Shown: positions 59,782 to 64,000 of the stretch, one piece after another
Layout: each line of letters begins with the position of its first letter
How positions within the stretch are numbered: the first letter of the stretch is position 1
Assembly: GCA_965195345.1 (NCBI GenBank)
Contig: OZ239628.1
Coordinates: forward strand, 992,001 to 1,056,000
Direction of reading: 5' to 3'
DNA length: 64,000 nucleotides
Source of the DNA: an uncultured Thiomicrospira sp.
GTDB lineage: Bacteria > Pseudomonadota > Gammaproteobacteria > CAKMZV01
The notes under the pieces: generated by a model
Databases searched by the model: none
What the model was told of the DNA's origin: nothing
Seen by the model: only the letters and a program-made list of their open reading frames with translations
Translations under genes and position numbers: made by a program

Positions 59782-59806
59782 ACGTTCATATCATTTTGTC
59801 GAACTA

Positions 59807-60097
59807 TCACCCTTGCCAGTCTTTATAGCTACCCATATCAAAAATTTTCGTGTACCCGTGATGATGCAAAATATTAAGAGCGATATCAGAGCGTCGACCT
59901 GTTCTACAGAACAATACGATAGGACGTTCCTTGTCAGCGTCTAATAAATTGAAATCTAACCTTTCTATTTCCTGTAGAGGGAGGTTGACTGAACATGGAA
60001 TTCCAGAATCAGCATATTCTTCGGGAGTTCGAACGTCTATGAACTGAGCATTTTCATTCTCAATTAGTTGTTTGGCTTGACTGTATTCAATTTTCAT
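59807..60097 (-). CDS. Single-domain rhodanese-like protein
   Basis: IDVRTPEEY, FCRTGRRS active-site loop; ATG 60097. Confidence 0.88.
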   Translation of the reverse strand: MKIEYSQAKQLIENENAQFIDVRTPEEYADSGIPCSVNLPLQEIERLDFNLLDADKERPIVLFCRTGRRSDIALNILHHHGYTKIFDMGSYKDWQG

Positions 60098-60132
60098 TTT
60101 TTCACCTGATCTTGCTTGTCCATGTCTCAAAA

Positions 60133-60603
60133 TCAGAATATGGACAATAAGGATATTATTATAATTAAAAAACCTGTAATTAACCCTGCTACTACGTCAT
60201 CAATCATGATTCCCCAGCCAGAGGGTACTTTTTTCTCTAACACATGAATTGGCCATGGCTTCAAAATGTCAAAAATTCTAAAAATCAAAAAGGCCATAAT
60301 AATAAGCGCTAAGTTAGAGTTTTGCTGCAACGGTAGTAGCGCAATCCACATACCAGAGAACTCATCAAAAACAATTGACTTTGGATCTTTTTGTTGCCAG
60401 TCGCTAGCGGTTTTTCCACATAGCCAAACACCTATAAAAAAGATCACTATATTAAACGCCAGTGCTTCTTTTAAAGAAAAATGTCGCAGAAAAAAATACC
60501 AAATAAGCAATGCAACAATTGATCCAGCAGTACCTGGAGCTATTCTACTTAGACCGCTTCCAAAGCCACAAGCAAGAAAATGAGACCAATTTTTTATTGA
60601 CAC
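60133..60603 (-). CDS. pgpA: Phosphatidylglycerophosphatase A
   Basis: GFGSG...APGT.GS, DP..IVFDE, FRIFDI.KPWPI, MIDD. Confidence 0.95.
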   Translation of the reverse strand: MSIKNWSHFLACGFGSGLSRIAPGTAGSIVALLIWYFFLRHFSLKEALAFNIVIFFIGVWLCGKTASDWQQKDPKSIVFDEFSGMWIALLPLQQNSNLALIIMAFLIFRIFDILKPWPIHVLEKKVPSGWGIMIDDVVAGLITGFLIIIISLLSIF

Positions 60604-60620
60604 AACAGAAAGTTAATTTG

Positions 60621-61838
60621 TCAACTTCGGTGAAGTTTTCGTGTTCGATTTCTTAGGCGTAAAGCATTCAGTTTAATAAAACCCTCAGCATCCTTTTGAT
60701 TATAAGCGCCGTCATCTTCTTCAAAAGTAGCCGTTTTTTCATCAAATAAGGAACAGTTCGAGCGCCTTCCAATTACAGACACACTCCCTTTGTATAGAAA
60801 GAGGCGCACTTCTCCTTCTACGTTCTGTTGCGTTGAATCGATCAAAGCTTGAAGGGCTTCTCGTTCAGGGCTAAACCAATAGCCGTTGTAAATCAATTCT
60901 GCGTATTTCGGCATGATGCTGTCTTTTAAGTGTGCTTCTTCACGATCTAATGTGATCGATTCTATCGCTCTATGGGCTTTGAGCATAACTGTCCCCGCAG
61001 GGGTTTCGTAGCAACCACGCGACTTCATGCCGACGTATCTATTTTCTACGATATCAGCGCGACCGATGCTGTGAGCACCCGCCATATGATTAAGCTTTAG
61101 CATAAGGGCACTAGGAGAAAGTGGTTCGTGGTTTAATTTGATTGGGTTACCATGTTTATACTCTATTAATATTTCTTGCCCATCGTTTGGTGCTTGTTGA
61201 GGAGAACAAGTCCATTCCCACATGTTTTCTTCAGGTGCATTCCATGGGTCTTCAAGGCAACCACCTTCATAGGAGATGTGTAAGAGATTAGCATCCATAG
61301 AGTATGGGGACTTCTTCGCTGTGCTTTTTTCAATAGGTATGTTGTATTTATGAGCGTAACTTAGCAATTTTTCTCTTGAATTCAAGTCCCATTCACGCCA
61401 AGGAGCGATTATCTGAATTTCAGGGGATAGGGCATACGCACTTAGTTCAAAGCGGACTTGATCATTTCCTTTGCCTGTAGCACCATGTGCTATAGCGTCT
61501 GCTCCACATTCTTGAGCAATTTCAACCAATCGCTTTGCTATCAAAGGTCGAGCAATTGAAGTACCCAACAAATATTCCCCTTCATACACAGCATTTGATC
61601 GAAACATTGGAAAGACATAGTCTCTAGCAAATTCTTCTCGCAAATCCTCAATATAAATGGATTTAATCCCCATTAATTGAGCCTTTGCACGTGCGGGTTC
61701 TATTTCCTCTCCTTGTCCAATGTCGGCTGTAAAAGAAATTACCTCACAAGAATAATTTATTTGTAACCATTTTGCGATGACCGAAGTGTCGAGACCACCA
61801 GAATAGGCTAATACGATTTTTTTAAATGATTTAGACAT
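60621..61838 (-). CDS. argG: Argininosuccinate synthase
   Basis: [38 protein letters not shown]. Confidence 0.98.
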   Translation of the reverse strand: MSKSFKKIVLAYSGGLDTSVIAKWLQINYSCEVISFTADIGQGEEIEPARAKAQLMGIKSIYIEDLREEFARDYVFPMFRSNAVYEGEYLLGTSIARPLIAKRLVEIAQECGADAIAHGATGKGNDQVRFELSAYALSPEIQIIAPWREWDLNSREKLLSYAHKYNIPIEKSTAKKSPYSMDANLLHISYEGGCLEDPWNAPEENMWEWTCSPQQAPNDGQEILIEYKHGNPIKLNHEPLSPSALMLKLNHMAGAHSIGRADIVENRYVGMKSRGCYETPAGTVMLKAHRAIESITLDREEAHLKDSIMPKYAELIYNGYWFSPEREALQALIDSTQQNVEGEVRLFLYKGSVSVIGRRSNCSLFDEKTATFEEDDGAYNQKDAEGFIKLNALRLRNRTRKLHRS

Positions 61839-62058
61839 GCAGTTCCATATTTATCAGAAGATACTTTTACCGTCTGTGGTTTATTTCTATTTTATGTAAG
61901 CCTTACAAGCGGGCATTGTAAATTATTTTCACCAACAAGTAATATACAAATTTTTTGAATATTGTTGATTTAAAAGCCGCTTAAGTATCAATGATACGCT
62001 AATTTAGTATTGGTTGAAATTCAGGTTTGATGGGAAGTGAGACGCAAAAGAATTAAGT

Positions 62059-62421
62059 TCAATTGACAGGCATTTCTGGAGATGAAGGAGGTGTTTCTAT
62101 TTCTTGTTTGTTTTTTTGTTCATTCTGTGGATAGGAATCTTCAGTTAAATTCAATTTAAGCAATTCATTTCGAATATCATTCATCTCTTCGAGGGCTTGA
62201 GTAACATCCGTGCTTTTGCGCAATAAATCAAATGCTAAAAGTAGTCCAGCCATGATGGCTTGTTTTTCAAAAGGCGTTCCTTTATTAACCAAATTATCTA
62301 ATTGCTGTTGCAGTTTTTCTGCTGCCATTTCAAGTAAGACTTGATTTTCTTTGGGACAGCGGATTTTATAAGATTGGCCAAGGAATAAAAATTCTAAGTT
62401 TTCAATGGATGGTTGAGGCAT
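62059..62421 (-). CDS. zapA: Cell division protein ZapA-like
   Basis: LGQSY.I.CP, L..AA..L, AIMA.L..A.DLL pattern. Confidence 0.7.
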   Translation of the reverse strand: MPQPSIENLEFLFLGQSYKIRCPKENQVLLEMAAEKLQQQLDNLVNKGTPFEKQAIMAGLLLAFDLLRKSTDVTQALEEMNDIRNELLKLNLTEDSYPQNEQKNKQEIETPPSSPEMPVN

Positions 62422-62666
62422 GCGACTCTAATGTAGTTTTAATTTAGGAAAAAACTTCATTAATGAAGCTTGTATTAGTAGAATTATATATCAATTTGAA
62501 AGTTAAAGTGTTTTATTAAGAGACAAATGACAAATTACTTGTTCTTGAAAGTATAACTATTTGATTTTTCAGAAATAAAAATAGTAAAAAGTGAAACTTA
62601 TGAAGTGTGTTCATAAAGTTTTCATTAGAACAACTATCGTTTTTAAGGAAGACGATATTGATCGTT

Positions 62667-63266
62667 TTATTTTTGGAAATTATTGACGATTAGACAAAAA
62701 AGGCGTGCTGTTTGCATGCAATCGTATAGTGCTGAATGGGCAGCATTGCTGTCCCAACCTAAACCAGCGCGTTGACATGCTTGGTTTAGCACAGTTTGAC
62801 CGTAGGCAGTAGCAGCGAGTGTTACAGTATCAAAGGTGCTAAATGAGTGTAAAGCACTGTTTATGTTATGTCGTTCAAATGCTTTATTAAGAAATGTTAG
62901 ATCGAATGATGCATTGTGTCCCACTAAAATTGCGCGCGAACAGTTATGAAGTTTTATCTTTTCTTTAAGAATTTTATTTAAATCGAGCAAAGCTTCCTCT
63001 TCTGGTTCGGAAAAACGCAATGCGCTATAAGGATCGTATCCTAGAAAAGCTTCACTTTTAGGATCAACAACAAGTCCTGGCTCTGGAGTGATCGCGTAAT
63101 GCAGCGGTTCGTCGCTCGGAACAAGAAGTCCGGCGGCGTTAACCGTAATTACAATTGCACATACCTCTAATAATGCATTTTTTTCAAAGTCAAATCCGCC
63201 TGTCTCAACATCAATAACAACAGGTAAAAATTTACGGAATCGATTTTTTATTTTAGTAACTTGCAT
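62667..63266 (-). CDS. rnt: Ribonuclease T
   Basis: RFR.FLPVVIDVETGGF, GHNASFD, FDTVTL, AHSALYD. Confidence 0.95.
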   Translation of the reverse strand: MQVTKIKNRFRKFLPVVIDVETGGFDFEKNALLEVCAIVITVNAAGLLVPSDEPLHYAITPEPGLVVDPKSEAFLGYDPYSALRFSEPEEEALLDLNKILKEKIKLHNCSRAILVGHNASFDLTFLNKAFERHNINSALHSFSTFDTVTLAATAYGQTVLNQACQRAGLGWDSNAAHSALYDCMQTARLFCLIVNNFQK

Positions 63267-64000
63267 AGTACCTGTGCATTTCTTTGATGGTTATATATGC
63301 GTGTAAGAGGTAATTCACTATAATCTTGAGCAATAAATTGATGTTCTATAAACCAATCTAAGGCTTGTGTAGTGAGTACGAATATTTTAGACTTATCCAT
63401 GCTTAGAGCTTGATCTTGTGCATGAAGTAGAAGTGTATTTCCCAGTTTCAATCTTCTAGCATCATCAGATACGACTAAAGATGCCAACTCAACTGAATTT
63501 TCATCTAATTCATATAAAACATAGCACCCTATTAGCTTTCCATCGCGTAACATAACGGTATAGTTATCAATGTGGCGTGTTATATCATCCTCAGTTCTAT
63601 GAACAAGCATATCCTGGCTTTGTAGAGGTGTGGTGAGGTTTAGAATATGAGGGATATCACTGCTATCAGCGCTCCTCAATACATCGTAATTATCTTGATG
63701 GATGAGTAAGCCAACGCCATCTCGGGTATACAATTCAATTAATAGGCTTCCGTCGTATTTACAATCAAGGAAATGCACTCTTGAGAGGCCTTCGCTTGTT
63801 GCTCGAATGGCGAATTGAAGTAATGGGTGTTTCTCATCAGATATGTCTCTAGGAATATATTGACGTTTTGGTAATTTTGGCATTTCAGACTTGTCTGCTA
63901 ATACGATAACCTTACTCGCAGAAACAGCCGTAGCTATTTTAATGGCGAAGTAATAAGCGTTCAGTAGAAATCCTTTTCCACTCGGTGAGTGTGCAATAGG
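63248..64000 (-). CDS. argA: Amino-acid N-acetyltransferase (N-acetylglutamate synthase), 5'-truncated by window edge
   Basis: Frame open to window end (PIAHSPSG...); RVH, DGSLLIELYTRDGVG, GNAT domain with FVLTTQ..DWF, YN.QRN. Confidence 0.88.
   Translation of the reverse strand, partial: PIAHSPSGKGFLLNAYYFAIKIATAVSASKVIVLADKSEMPKLPKRQYIPRDISDEKHPLLQFAIRATSEGLSRVHFLDCKYDGSLLIELYTRDGVGLLIHQDNYDVLRSADSSDIPHILNLTTPLQSQDMLVHRTEDDITRHIDNYTVMLRDGKLIGCYVLYELDENSVELASLVVSDDARRLKLGNTLLLHAQDQALSMDKSKIFVLTTQALDWFIEHQFIAQDYSELPLTRIYNHQRNAQVLCKLLK

Noticed and set aside
61840-62058. 6S RNA expected downstream of zapA
   Set aside because: No ssrS-like sequence or long self-complementary rod visible; looks like the argG promoter region

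Overview
AT-rich chromosomal segment of a probably marine, sulfur-oxidising gammaproteobacterium; the taxon is inferred from gene content and the hflKC-hisZ-purA-rnr-rlmB order. Left to right: a TRAP transporter plus DHPS/sulfolactate catabolic operon (suyAB, hpsNOP, GMC oxidoreductase); a 2848-aa cadherin-like repeat adhesin with a Cys-containing C-terminal sorting tail; waaA and a kdsB homologue whose catalytic motifs are degenerate; a composite island at the 3' end of guaA; then core genes (guaAB, MMPL/LolA-like/OMP triad, rlmB-rnr-purA-hisZ-hflCK, tRNA-Met, PMM/PGM, galU-ugd-gumK-like, ndh, soxXYZA, bepA, pgpA, argG, zapA, rnt, argA). The most striking feature is a ~4.1-kb integrated element (26428-30515) encoding a tyrosine integrase, a serine resolvase, a putative HUH rolling-circle Rep and an RHH protein. 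By manual scan its + strand has no GG dinucleotide over ~4 kb except one intergenic GGGG. Accordingly its + strand proteins lack Gly/Trp and its - strand recombinases lack Pro, even at positions where Pro is normally conserved. Duplicated att-like sites next to it bracket a merC cassette and precede a Type I restriction-modification module, giving an integron-like tandem array. All motif counts were made by eye and need computational confirmation.
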